NCBI GenBank assembly: GCA_964249945.1
Contig: CAXUEN010000001.1
Location: 309-40,558 of the forward strand
Origin: an uncultured Caulobacteraceae bacterium
GTDB taxonomy: Bacteria; Pseudomonadota; Alphaproteobacteria; Caulobacterales; Caulobacteraceae
DNA length: 40,250 nt
Direction: 5' to 3'
Part shown: positions 19,971 through 28,648 of the stretch, piece by piece
How positions within the stretch are numbered: the first letter of the stretch is position 1
Layout: each line of letters starts with the position of its first letter
The notes under the pieces: model-generated
Database searches by the model: none
What the model was told of the DNA's origin: nothing
Seen by the model: the letters and a program-made list of their open reading frames with translations, nothing else
Translations under genes and position numbers: made by a program

Positions 19971-20092
19971 CCGCTGATCCCGCCGAATGCCGGGACCCAG
20001 ATCGTCAGGCTCAGTGTTCAAAAAATCGGGCGCGCTTCGTTTCAATCGTCACGCCGTATGATCTGGATCCCGGCATTCGCCGGGATGAGCGG
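19971..20092. repeat. REP/MITE-like palindromic element (35-bp inverted arms)
   Basis: Arm 19971-20005 CCGCTGATCCCGCCGAATGCCGGGACCCAGATCGT matches the reverse complement of 20058-20092 at 31/35 positions. Each arm is itself a hairpin. It lies between convergent genes. Confidence 0.8.
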
Positions 20093-20128
20093 ATGGGTGC
20101 GTTAGAGCTGGAATATCGTTGGCATCCC

Positions 20129-21556
20129 TCACGCGATGCTTTCGGCTGACGGCGCCACGAGCGCCGCCAGGCTTCCGCGCATGTGGCGGAACATGATCGC
20201 GTAAACGCCCAAAACCACGGCCGCGAAGGCGGCGGTGGACATCACCCATCGCGAAGCGTCCGAACTGGCGAGCCGGCCGGCCAGCAGCGCCGCCGCCAGA
20301 CCGGCCGCGGTGGCCAGGGACGCCGGCGCGACCGCCCGGCCGAGGTCGCTCCAGGCGATGGCCGAGCCGCGCACGGTCACCGCCATCATGACCAGGCTCA
20401 TGACGCCTGCGACGACCACATAGGTCCGGATCAGCGGGAACAGGCCGAAGCGCACGGTCACCACGAACGCCGTCACGGTCACGATCGTGTTGGCGAGGCT
20501 GAGCAGAAACTGCACCCGGGGCTTGCCCGAGGCCATCAGCACGGCCCCGCTATACGAGGCAATGGACTGGACCGCGCCCAGCGGGGCCAGCCAGGTGACG
20601 ATCGCCGGCACGCCGCCCCAGCGCGGCGACAGCACCAGATGCACCGGATAGGCCAGCCCGAAGGTCAGATAGATCATGGCGGGAAAGCTCAGGACCGCGG
20701 TGGCGGAGACGACGCTCCGCACCGTCTCGCGGACCCGGCTGGCGTGCAGCGCCTGGCGGCTCAGCATGGCGAACAGAACGCTGCTGGACGGCCAGGTGAT
20801 GGCCATCAGCGGGATCATCATGAACTGGTAGCCCAGGCCGTAGACGCCCACGGCCGCGGCGCCCAGCACGCCCCCGATGAGCAGGTTGTCGGAGTTGCGC
20901 GAGAAGAAGGTCAGCCCGTTGGTGGCCAGCACCCAGCCGCCGAAGGACAGCAGCGGCTTCAGCCCCGTCCAGCCGAACTCCAGCCGCAACGCGCGCCGCG
21001 CCAGCCAGCCGTAGACGACCGCCCGCAACAGCTGGCTGAGCAGGTTGTAACCCACCAGGGCCCAGACGCCTGCGCCCATCAGGGCCGCGACCACCGCAAA
21101 GGCGGCGGAGACGAGCACGGTCCCCGCCTCGATGCTGGCGATGCGGCCGTAGCGGAGCTGGCGCTCCAACAGCGCGCGCGGCACGGTCGAGGCCACGTTC
21201 AGCAGCACCACGCCCGACATCGCCGCCATCACGGGCCCGAGCCCCTGCATACGCACCAGGCCCTGGATCGGCCAAGCGAGGGCGCCGAGGACCAGGGCCA
21301 GCGCCACGCCCAGGGCCAGGGTCAGGGTGAAGGCGCCGGAGGTCTGCCTGTCGCTCAGCCCCTTGCTGCGCACGATGGCGCTGGACAGGCCAAGGTCGGT
21401 CATCAGGCCGAGGAAGGCGAGGAATGGCGCGGTGAAGACCAGCAGCCCGTAGTCCGCCGGCAGGATGAAGCGGGCCATCAAGATGTTCAGCGCGAACTGC
21501 ACCGCGTTGCGGTACAGGCTCAGCGCCGACATCGAAGCCATGTTGCGCGCCAGCAT
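20129..21556 (-). CDS. wzx: Wzx oligosaccharide flippase (WzxC-like)
   Basis: Motifs MARFILPADYGL, DLGLSSAIV and NSDNLLIGGVLGAAAVGVY; 12-14 TM segments. Confidence 0.92.
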   Translation of the reverse strand: MLARNMASMSALSLYRNAVQFALNILMARFILPADYGLLVFTAPFLAFLGLMTDLGLSSAIVRSKGLSDRQTSGAFTLTLALGVALALVLGALAWPIQGLVRMQGLGPVMAAMSGVVLLNVASTVPRALLERQLRYGRIASIEAGTVLVSAAFAVVAALMGAGVWALVGYNLLSQLLRAVVYGWLARRALRLEFGWTGLKPLLSFGGWVLATNGLTFFSRNSDNLLIGGVLGAAAVGVYGLGYQFMMIPLMAITWPSSSVLFAMLSRQALHASRVRETVRSVVSATAVLSFPAMIYLTFGLAYPVHLVLSPRWGGVPAIVTWLAPLGAVQSIASYSGAVLMASGKPRVQFLLSLANTIVTVTAFVVTVRFGLFPLIRTYVVVAGVMSLVMMAVTVRGSAIAWSDLGRAVAPASLATAAGLAAALLAGRLASSDASRWVMSTAAFAAVVLGVYAIMFRHMRGSLAALVAPSAESIA

Positions 21557-21791
21557 GCCGGATCATCCCAAGCAGCGACAGACGCCGAGCTTTACTGCAG
21601 TGCAGTATCGCATGGTGGGCGCGGCCGGAGGCAGTCAAAACATAAGCGCAAAAGTGCTTTTCTCACCTATGTTGCGTGGAGCGAGCCGATCGGCCACTTC
21701 CCCCAATCTTTTATCACGACCCCATTTGATGTCCCAAAGATCGTCAGGTGACGTAAACTCGGACATTCTGCTCAATCACGACGAGGGTGGC

Positions 21792-23276
21792 GTGGATACC
21801 AGCGCGAACACGATGCTGGACTTTGCGCCATCCGCACGAACTTCGGTGCGCCGCACGCTGGAAATCTGCGCCTTCGCCTGCCTGCTGGTGGTCAATTGGA
21901 TCCTTGCGGCGCAGGTCCCCTCCCAGATCTTCTCCTACACGTCGCTGCTGCTGTTCGTCTGGATGGCGCTGCTGCTGATCCGCATCCATCCGCGCGCGGC
22001 GATCCTGGCGCTGCCGCTGCTGATCACCCGCGGCGCCACCCTGATTTCGCTGGTGTTCATCGAGGCGGGCTCGGCCATGCCGGAGATCGGGCGGAGCGGC
22101 GCGGCGGGAGACGCCAGCGCCTCCTTCACCGCCTTCACCACCCTGCTGTTCCTGGTCTTCGCCCTGGTGTTCGCCGCGGGCGAGAGGGCGGTGCTGAGTT
22201 CCGCGCGCTCACCCCTGCTCGACAAGATCGTGGCGCTGCTGCGCTGGCCGGTCATCGGGCTGTGCGCGGCGCTCGGCCTGATGGCCGTGGCGCAGGGGCT
22301 GCACACCGGCTTCCCCGTTTTCGAGCACGTTGACCGCTTCTACTACCGCCGCTTCTACGGCCAGGGGATCGTGCTGGTTCTGCTGGACAACAAGTTCCTG
22401 CTGGGCGCGGCGCTCGGCAGCGTCGCCTTCGGACGCACCTCGCCGATGCTCACCCGGGCCGCCGCCAACTGCACCCTGGGCGGGCTGCTGGGGATATTCT
22501 TCCTGTTCGGCGACAAATTCTTCACCCTGCTGACCATGGGAACGTACTTCCTCATGCCCTACCTGCTGCGCAACGAGCAGGCGCTGCTGAAGACCTTCGC
22601 CAAGGGCTGGCTGATCGCGACGCTGGCGCTCGGCGGCGTGTTCGCGGCCACCCTCTACATCTACTCCGACTATGGCGACGCGCCTCTCTCGGTGGGTATG
22701 ACCAAGCTCGGCGACCGGATAGCGGGCCAGGGCGAGCTGTGGTTCGTGGCGACCCAGGACGACCGGCGCCTGCTCGCCTACGACCCCAACATCGTGCGAA
22801 GTTACGCCACCTCGCTCAATGCCGAGGATCCCGCCACCTCGGACTTCGAGACCGGGGTCGAGACCTTCTTCTTCATCAACCGCTATACGCCCCAGCCGCT
22901 GCGCCAGTCGTTCCACAAGAACCAGGGCTGGGTGCAATTGACCATGGGGTCCGAAGCTTTGGCGCTCGCCGGCTTCGGCTACGCCGGCGTGGCCCTGCTG
23001 ATGGTCGCCGCCGGGGTGATCGCGGCGCTGCCGGCGCTGTATCTGCGGCGCGCCTTCGCCTCGGAGTTCCCGCTCAGCATCGTCATGGCGCTCTGGATGT
23101 CGCTGCAGGCCTACGAGCTGCTGCAGCAAGGTGCGGTGTGGGCGATCTTCGCCCGGGGGCAGCTCCGCCGCTTCCTGGTCTTCGTAATCTTCGAGGTGGC
23201 GCTGTTCGCTCTAAACCGCGCCCAGCGAAGCGGCCGCGCCGTCCAGGGCGAGCCGGCCCGCATCGTCGTGGCCTGA
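21792..23276 (+). CDS. Polytopic membrane protein, probable Wzy polymerase
   Basis: More than 10 TM segments with a large loop (RIAGQGELW...); the only candidate polymerase in a Wzx/Wzc locus. Start is probably GTG 21792 (after GAGGG) or ATG 21813, not 21465. Confidence 0.65.
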   Translation: MDTSANTMLDFAPSARTSVRRTLEICAFACLLVVNWILAAQVPSQIFSYTSLLLFVWMALLLIRIHPRAAILALPLLITRGATLISLVFIEAGSAMPEIGRSGAAGDASASFTAFTTLLFLVFALVFAAGERAVLSSARSPLLDKIVALLRWPVIGLCAALGLMAVAQGLHTGFPVFEHVDRFYYRRFYGQGIVLVLLDNKFLLGAALGSVAFGRTSPMLTRAAANCTLGGLLGIFFLFGDKFFTLLTMGTYFLMPYLLRNEQALLKTFAKGWLIATLALGGVFAATLYIYSDYGDAPLSVGMTKLGDRIAGQGELWFVATQDDRRLLAYDPNIVRSYATSLNAEDPATSDFETGVETFFFINRYTPQPLRQSFHKNQGWVQLTMGSEALALAGFGYAGVALLMVAAGVIAALPALYLRRAFASEFPLSIVMALWMSLQAYELLQQGAVWAIFARGQLRRFLVFVIFEVALFALNRAQRSGRAVQGEPARIVVA

Positions 23277-24532
23277 TGCGCATCCTGCACGTGAGTTCAC
23301 TCTACCCGCCGGGCGTCGTCGGCGGCGCGGAGAAGGTGGTGTCCATGCTGGCCGAAGGGCAGGCGGCGCAGGGCGACACGGTGGGCGTGGTGCACCTCAC
23401 CCGCGCCGGGGGCGACCTGCGCCATCAGGGCGGCGTCGAAGTCCGTCCCCTGCAGAGCCGCAACCTGCTTTGGATCGAGGACGTCCAGGCGCACGCGCGC
23501 CCCGTCACCATGGCCAACAAGCTGCTGCAGCAGGTCAACGTCTGGGCCACGGCCGACATCGCGCGCGAGATCGCCGACTTCGCCCCCGACGTGGTGCACA
23601 CCCACTCCATGGTCGAACTGCCGCCCATGGTCTGGCGCGCGGCGAAACGGCACGGTGCGGCGGTGGTCCACACCCTGCACGACTATGACCTGCTGTGCAG
23701 CCGCGCGACCCTGTTCAAGCACGGCCAGCCCTGCGCCAGCCTGCATCCCTCCTGCGCGGCGCTGAAGGCCTGGAAGGGTGTCTTCGTCAAAGACATCGAC
23801 GCGGTGGTCGCCGTCTCCCAGCCCGTGCTCGACGCGCATCTGGCGCACGGCCTGTTCCAGGACCTCGGTCCCGATCAGCGCCGGGTGATCTGGAACGGCG
23901 TGACGCGGCGGCCCGAAGCGGAGCCGCCCACACGCACCGGCGTCTTCACCTTCGGCTTCCTCGGCCGGCTGGTGCCGGAAAAGGGGCTCGGCGTGTTGCT
24001 GGACGCTTGTCGCCTCTTGGCGCCCGAGGGCTGGCGCTTGCGCATCGCGGGCCGGGCGCCGCTCGGATCGCAGGGCTTCGCGGCGCAGGCGCTAGGCCTG
24101 CCCGTGGAGTTCCTCGGTTTCACCGATCCAGCCGCCTTCCTCGCCTCGGTGGACGTGCTGGTCGCGCCGTCGATCTGGGCGGAGCCGTTCGGCCTGACCA
24201 TCGTGGAGGCCTTCGCTTCGGGCGCCGCGGTGATCGGCTCCGATCGGGGCGCCATCGGCGAGCTGGCCGGTGCGATCGGGCCCGAGTGGGTCGTGCCGGC
24301 CGACGACGCTGGGGCGCTGGCGGCCCGCATGGGCGCGGTGCTGCAAGGTGGCCGCGCGGCCTTGCCGGACCCGGGCGCGTTCGAAGCCATCCTCCAGGCC
24401 GCCTCGCCGGAGCGGATGACGTCGGCTTACCTGGCGCTCTACGCCGAGCTGGACACGCGCCGGATCGCCCGCCCCGCTCCGCACGCCCGCTTCACGCCTT
24501 CGAGGTCCGCCGATGCGTATCCTGCATCTTAG
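23276..24532 (+). CDS. Glycosyltransferase family 4 (ExpE7-like)
   Basis: Starts MRILHVSSLYPP..VGGAE; motifs HTLHDY, GRLVPEKG and PSIWAEPFGLTIVEA; TGATG coupling to the wzy-like gene. Confidence 0.92.
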   Translation: MRILHVSSLYPPGVVGGAEKVVSMLAEGQAAQGDTVGVVHLTRAGGDLRHQGGVEVRPLQSRNLLWIEDVQAHARPVTMANKLLQQVNVWATADIAREIADFAPDVVHTHSMVELPPMVWRAAKRHGAAVVHTLHDYDLLCSRATLFKHGQPCASLHPSCAALKAWKGVFVKDIDAVVAVSQPVLDAHLAHGLFQDLGPDQRRVIWNGVTRRPEAEPPTRTGVFTFGFLGRLVPEKGLGVLLDACRLLAPEGWRLRIAGRAPLGSQGFAAQALGLPVEFLGFTDPAAFLASVDVLVAPSIWAEPFGLTIVEAFASGAAVIGSDRGAIGELAGAIGPEWVVPADDAGALAARMGAVLQGGRAALPDPGAFEAILQAASPERMTSAYLALYAELDTRRIARPAPHARFTPSRSADAYPAS

Positions 24533-25784
24533 CACCCTCTATCCGCCACACATCGTGGGCGGCGCGGAGCGTTCGGTCGCCCTGCTGGCGGAGCAGCAGG
24601 TGAAGCTCGGGCACCATGTCGGCGCAGCCTGCCTGTCGCCTGACGGCGCCTCGCGCTCGGAGCGGAACGGGGTCAGCGTCTACCGCATGGCCCACCACAA
24701 CGACTTCTGGATGGAGGACTGGCCCAAGCACAGCCAGGGCGAGCGGGAACGGGCCAAGTTCAAGCAGCAGTTCAACTTCGCCATCGAACGGAGCTTCGGC
24801 GAGGTGCTCGACGCCTTTCAGCCCGACATCCTGAACACCCACTCGATGGTGGACGTCTCCACCCGCACCTGGCTCGCGGCCCACAGGCGCGGCGTGCCGA
24901 TCGTCCACACCTTAAGGGACTACGACCTGGTCTGCGCGGCGAGTTCCATGTTCCGCGAGAGCGGCCCGTGCGCGCACCGCCACCTGAAGTGCCGCGCGCT
25001 GACCTTCACCAAGGGGCTGGACCAGCGCCGCGTCAGCGCTGTCACCGCCGTGGGCCAGGAGGTCCTGCGCCGCCACCTGGAGCTGGGCTTCTTCCACCAT
25101 GTACCGCAGGCGCTGCGCCGGGTGATCTGGAACACCGCCGAGATCGAGGGCGTGTCTCCCGACTACGTGCGGCCGCAACGGAGCGAGGGACCGTTCGTCT
25201 TCGGCTATCTGGGGCGCATCAGCCCGGAGAAGGGCGTGGAGACCCTGCTGAAGGCCTGCCGCCTGTTGCCGGCTGAAGGCTGGCGGCTGGTGGTGGGGGG
25301 CTCCGCTCCCGGATCGATGGCTCCCATCCACGCGCTCGCCGAGGGCCTGCCGGTGAGCTTCTCCGGCTTCGTGGAGCCCAAGGCGTTCTTCGAGCAGGTC
25401 GACGTGCTGGTGACCCCTTCGCTCTGGGCCGAGCCCCTGGGGCGCACGGTTCTGGAGGCCTATCGGGTCGGGGTCCCGGTGCTCGGCTCAGCCACAGGCG
25501 GCATCGCCGAGCTGATCGACGACGCCGAATGGCTTTCGCCGGCCGGCGATGTCGAGGCGCTGGGGGAGCGTATGTCTTGGGTGCTCGAGCGCGGGCGCGA
25601 GGCGCTCCCCCCGCCGGGGCGCTTCGAGCGGGTGGTGAGCGCTACGGGCCGCCAGGTGGTGGCGGACCGCTTCGTGGACGTCTATTGCGCCACGCTGGAG
25701 GCGACGACCCGTGGAAGCCTTGCTCCCGCCAGGCGCGAGAGGAGGGCGGCCCTGATCGCCGCGAACGGCGCCGGGGTTCAGTAG
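24513..25784 (+). CDS. Glycosyltransferase family 4 (ExpE7-like), paralog of the upstream GT
   Basis: Starts MRILHLSTLYPP..VGGAE; motifs HTLRDY, GRISPEKG and PSLWAEPLGRTVLEA. Confidence 0.92.
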   Translation: MRILHLSTLYPPHIVGGAERSVALLAEQQVKLGHHVGAACLSPDGASRSERNGVSVYRMAHHNDFWMEDWPKHSQGERERAKFKQQFNFAIERSFGEVLDAFQPDILNTHSMVDVSTRTWLAAHRRGVPIVHTLRDYDLVCAASSMFRESGPCAHRHLKCRALTFTKGLDQRRVSAVTAVGQEVLRRHLELGFFHHVPQALRRVIWNTAEIEGVSPDYVRPQRSEGPFVFGYLGRISPEKGVETLLKACRLLPAEGWRLVVGGSAPGSMAPIHALAEGLPVSFSGFVEPKAFFEQVDVLVTPSLWAEPLGRTVLEAYRVGVPVLGSATGGIAELIDDAEWLSPAGDVEALGERMSWVLERGREALPPPGRFERVVSATGRQVVADRFVDVYCATLEATTRGSLAPARRERRAALIAANGAGVQ

Positions 25785-26443
25785 GCGCCGCGGCGGCGCA
25801 GCACCGCCGGCACGGTCATCACCAGCACCTTCATGTACAGCACGTTGTCGCGGCTGCGTGCGTAGAGCACGTCCATGGCGACCCTGCGCCGATAGCTGAC
25901 GGCGCTCCGCCCGCTCACCTGCCACAGCCCGGTGATCCCGGGACGGAGCGAGCAGTAAACCTTGAAGTAACGGCCGTATCGGGCGATCTCCGCCTGGACG
26001 ATCGGCCGGGGACCCACCAGGCTCATCTCGCCGCGCAGGACATTCAACAGCTGCGGAAGTTCGTCCAGGCTCGTCTTCCGCAGGAAGGCGCCGATCCAGG
26101 TGATGCGCGGATCGATACGGAGCTTCTGGGTCAGATCCCACTCGAGGCGCGCCGCCTCGTCCTGCAGGAGATGCGTTGTCAGGTGCTGGCCTGCGTTCAC
26201 GCGCATGCTGCGGAACTTCATGCAGTCGAAGCTTCGCCCGTCGCGCCCAATGCGGGCATGGGCGAACATCGGCGGTCCACCATCCTCAAGCCAGATGCAG
26301 GCCATGATGGCCAGCAGGATAGGCGAGAGGAGCAGAATCGCCAAACCGGAGAAGAAAAGCTCAAATGGATTTCTCCCCTGAACGGCTTGCTCCCGTTGGT
26401 CACCTATTTTCATGTCAATTGATGTCACATCATACTCCGTCAC
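25778..26443 (-). CDS. Priming undecaprenyl-phosphate sugar phosphotransferase (ExoY/WbaP C-terminal type)
   Basis: Motifs KFRSM, DPRIT.IG.FLRKTSLDELPQL.NVL.GEMSLVGPRP and PGITGLWQVSGR; start may be ATG 26413. Confidence 0.95.
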   Translation of the reverse strand: MTEYDVTSIDMKIGDQREQAVQGRNPFELFFSGLAILLLSPILLAIMACIWLEDGGPPMFAHARIGRDGRSFDCMKFRSMRVNAGQHLTTHLLQDEAARLEWDLTQKLRIDPRITWIGAFLRKTSLDELPQLLNVLRGEMSLVGPRPIVQAEIARYGRYFKVYCSLRPGITGLWQVSGRSAVSYRRRVAMDVLYARSRDNVLYMKVLVMTVPAVLRRRGAY

Positions 26444-26694
26444 TAGACGCGGCGATCTCGACGGACGCTAGTCTTAGAGCATCTAACTTAGTCGTGGAGG
26501 CCATGTTCCATCAGCGGTCGGAGAACGACATCGACTAACGACGTCGAACGCAGAAGTCCGCCAAGCTTCCGCCCTCAATTGTTAATGCTTATAATTGCCA
26601 GCGACCTAGGGTTCTGCGCGGCAGGGGAAAAGCAAAACGGAACGATATGCGTTCCGCCGCGGGACTTCCCGTGTCGAAGGATCGGTGCATCTTG

Positions 26695-27264
26695 ATGAGA
26701 TCGCTGTTGACCTTACTTGCCGTGACGGGGCTCGGTCTGGCCTGGACGCCCGGCTATGCGGCCCTAGCGCCGCCGGCTGAGCAAGCCGGCCCGCCCTCCA
26801 CCGCGCTCGACTACCGCCTGGGCGCCGGCGACAAGCTCAGGGTCGCGGTCTACGGCGTCGACACCCTGGGAGGCGAGTTCGAGGTTCCCGGCGGCGGCAG
26901 CATCTCTCTGCCGCTGATCGGCGAGATGCAGGCCGCGGGCCTGACCACCCTCGAGCTGCAGACGCGCATCGAAACGGCGCTGCGCCAGGGCTATGTCAAG
27001 GACCCGCACGTCAGTGTGCAGGTGGAGAACTACCGGCCCTTCTTCATCCTGGGCGAGGTCAACAAGCCGGGCGAATACCCCTTCACAGACCGGTTAACGG
27101 TGCTGAACGCCGTCGCCGAGGCGGGCGGCTTCACCTACCGCGCGCGCACCAGGATATTCCGCCGCCGCCATGGCGACCGGAACGGGGAGGCGCAGGAGAA
27201 GCTGACCGCCGATAGCCTCGTGCAGCCGGGCGACACCATCCGTATCCAGGAGCGCTCGTTCTGA
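26695..27264 (+). CDS. wza: Polysaccharide export protein, short OPX/Wza-like
   Basis: Poly_export motifs YRLGAGDKL, ISLPLIG and GEVNKPG, ending PGDTIRI; signal peptide; no lipobox or C-terminal OM helix. Confidence 0.9.
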   Translation: MRSLLTLLAVTGLGLAWTPGYAALAPPAEQAGPPSTALDYRLGAGDKLRVAVYGVDTLGGEFEVPGGGSISLPLIGEMQAAGLTTLELQTRIETALRQGYVKDPHVSVQVENYRPFFILGEVNKPGEYPFTDRLTVLNAVAEAGGFTYRARTRIFRRRHGDRNGEAQEKLTADSLVQPGDTIRIQERSF

Positions 27265-27269
27265 ACCAC

Positions 27270-28601
27270 GTGAGTCTCGCCAAGGCGCCGATCCGAGGGC
27301 TCGGGGGCGCCGTGGCCCTTCTTTCGGCCGCCGCCGCCTCTCCGAGCCACGCCCAGCTCCAGGCGCAGGTGCTGGCCCCGTCGCCATCGCCGGCGCCGCA
27401 GCCCGCCGCGTCCCTGTTCGCCCGCGACCGCGACACGCCAGTGGCGGAGCGCACCTTCGCGGGCTTCGCCCCCGTCGGCCTGCCGCTCGGAGAGTTCCGC
27501 CTCTTCCCGCAGCTCGGAGTGAGCGCCATCGGGACGAGCAACGTCTTCGAGAATGACGAACGCAGTCACGGCGACTTCCTGGGCGAGCTGACGCCGGGGC
27601 TCGACCTGCAGTTCGACAACTCCCAGCTGGTGCTGGACGCCTACATCAACGCCGAGATCGACCGCTTCGCCCAGTTCCATTCCGAGAACGAGAACCAGGG
27701 CACCGTCGGCGTCAATGTCAGCCGCGCCCTGCCGGGCTACAGCTCCATCTTCGCAGGCGGATCCTTCGGCTACGTGTCCCTCCCGCGCATCTCGCCGGAG
27801 TCGCCGGTGAACGCCGGGGCGCCGCTCCGCTACACCGACAGCCAGGCCGATGTGGGCGGAGCCTACGAGCAGAACCGGGTGCGGATCACCGGCCGTTTCG
27901 ATCTGGAGTCGCTGGCCTTCGATCCGGGCGTCCTGATCGGCGGGGGCGAGCTTCACACCGGCGACCACGACCGCGCCCGCTACACCGGCACGGGCCAGAT
28001 CGCCTATGCCCTCAGCCCCGCGACCGACCTCTATGTCGGCGGATCCTACAACGTCCTCAACTACCGGCTCGACCCGCCGAACGTGGCCTTGAGGCGCGAC
28101 TCCCACGGCTACGAGGCCTTCGTGGGCACGAGCTTCGAGGTGACCGGCGTCGCCCGCGCCGACATCCGCGTCGGCTATCTGGACCAGGACTTCGATGCGA
28201 GCCAGCTCGGCCGCATCTCAGGCGTCGGCGCGAGGGGCCAGCTCGAATACTTCCCGAGCCGGCTGACCACCGTGACCTTCCAGGTCCGCCGATCGGTCGA
28301 GGACTCCGGCATACCCAACACCGGCGGCTTCCTGGAGACCGGCGGCTCCGTCGCCGTGGATCACGAATATCGCCGCTATATCATGCTGAACACCAAGGCC
28401 AGCTACTTCGACGATCAGTACCAGGGCATCGGCCGCCATGACGGCATCCTGTTCTTCACCACGGGTGGAACCTACCTTTCCCACCACGGCTGGAACCTGA
28501 AGCTGGCGTACGAATACTATCACCAGAACTCGCACGGCTGCGACTGCAGCGTGAACTATGACGATCACCGCGCGGTCGCCACGCTGACGTTCAAGTACTG
28601 A
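27270..28601 (+). CDS. Outer-membrane beta-barrel protein of the EPS export locus (BBP2-like)
   Basis: Signal peptide, amphipathic beta-strands and C-terminal beta-signal ATLTFKY; lies between OPX and Wzc. Confidence 0.85.
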   Translation: MSLAKAPIRGLGGAVALLSAAAASPSHAQLQAQVLAPSPSPAPQPAASLFARDRDTPVAERTFAGFAPVGLPLGEFRLFPQLGVSAIGTSNVFENDERSHGDFLGELTPGLDLQFDNSQLVLDAYINAEIDRFAQFHSENENQGTVGVNVSRALPGYSSIFAGGSFGYVSLPRISPESPVNAGAPLRYTDSQADVGGAYEQNRVRITGRFDLESLAFDPGVLIGGGELHTGDHDRARYTGTGQIAYALSPATDLYVGGSYNVLNYRLDPPNVALRRDSHGYEAFVGTSFEVTGVARADIRVGYLDQDFDASQLGRISGVGARGQLEYFPSRLTTVTFQVRRSVEDSGIPNTGGFLETGGSVAVDHEYRRYIMLNTKASYFDDQYQGIGRHDGILFFTTGGTYLSHHGWNLKLAYEYYHQNSHGCDCSVNYDDHRAVATLTFKY

Positions 28602-28648
28602 AGCCTAGATACCAAAGCTCACCTATCGAAGCCCAAGGACAACGCCGC

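Noticed and set aside
26639-26655. GGAACG-N5-CGTTCC as an EcfG/SigT promoter
   Set aside because: The spacing between GGAAC and CGTT is far shorter than the required 16-17 bp.
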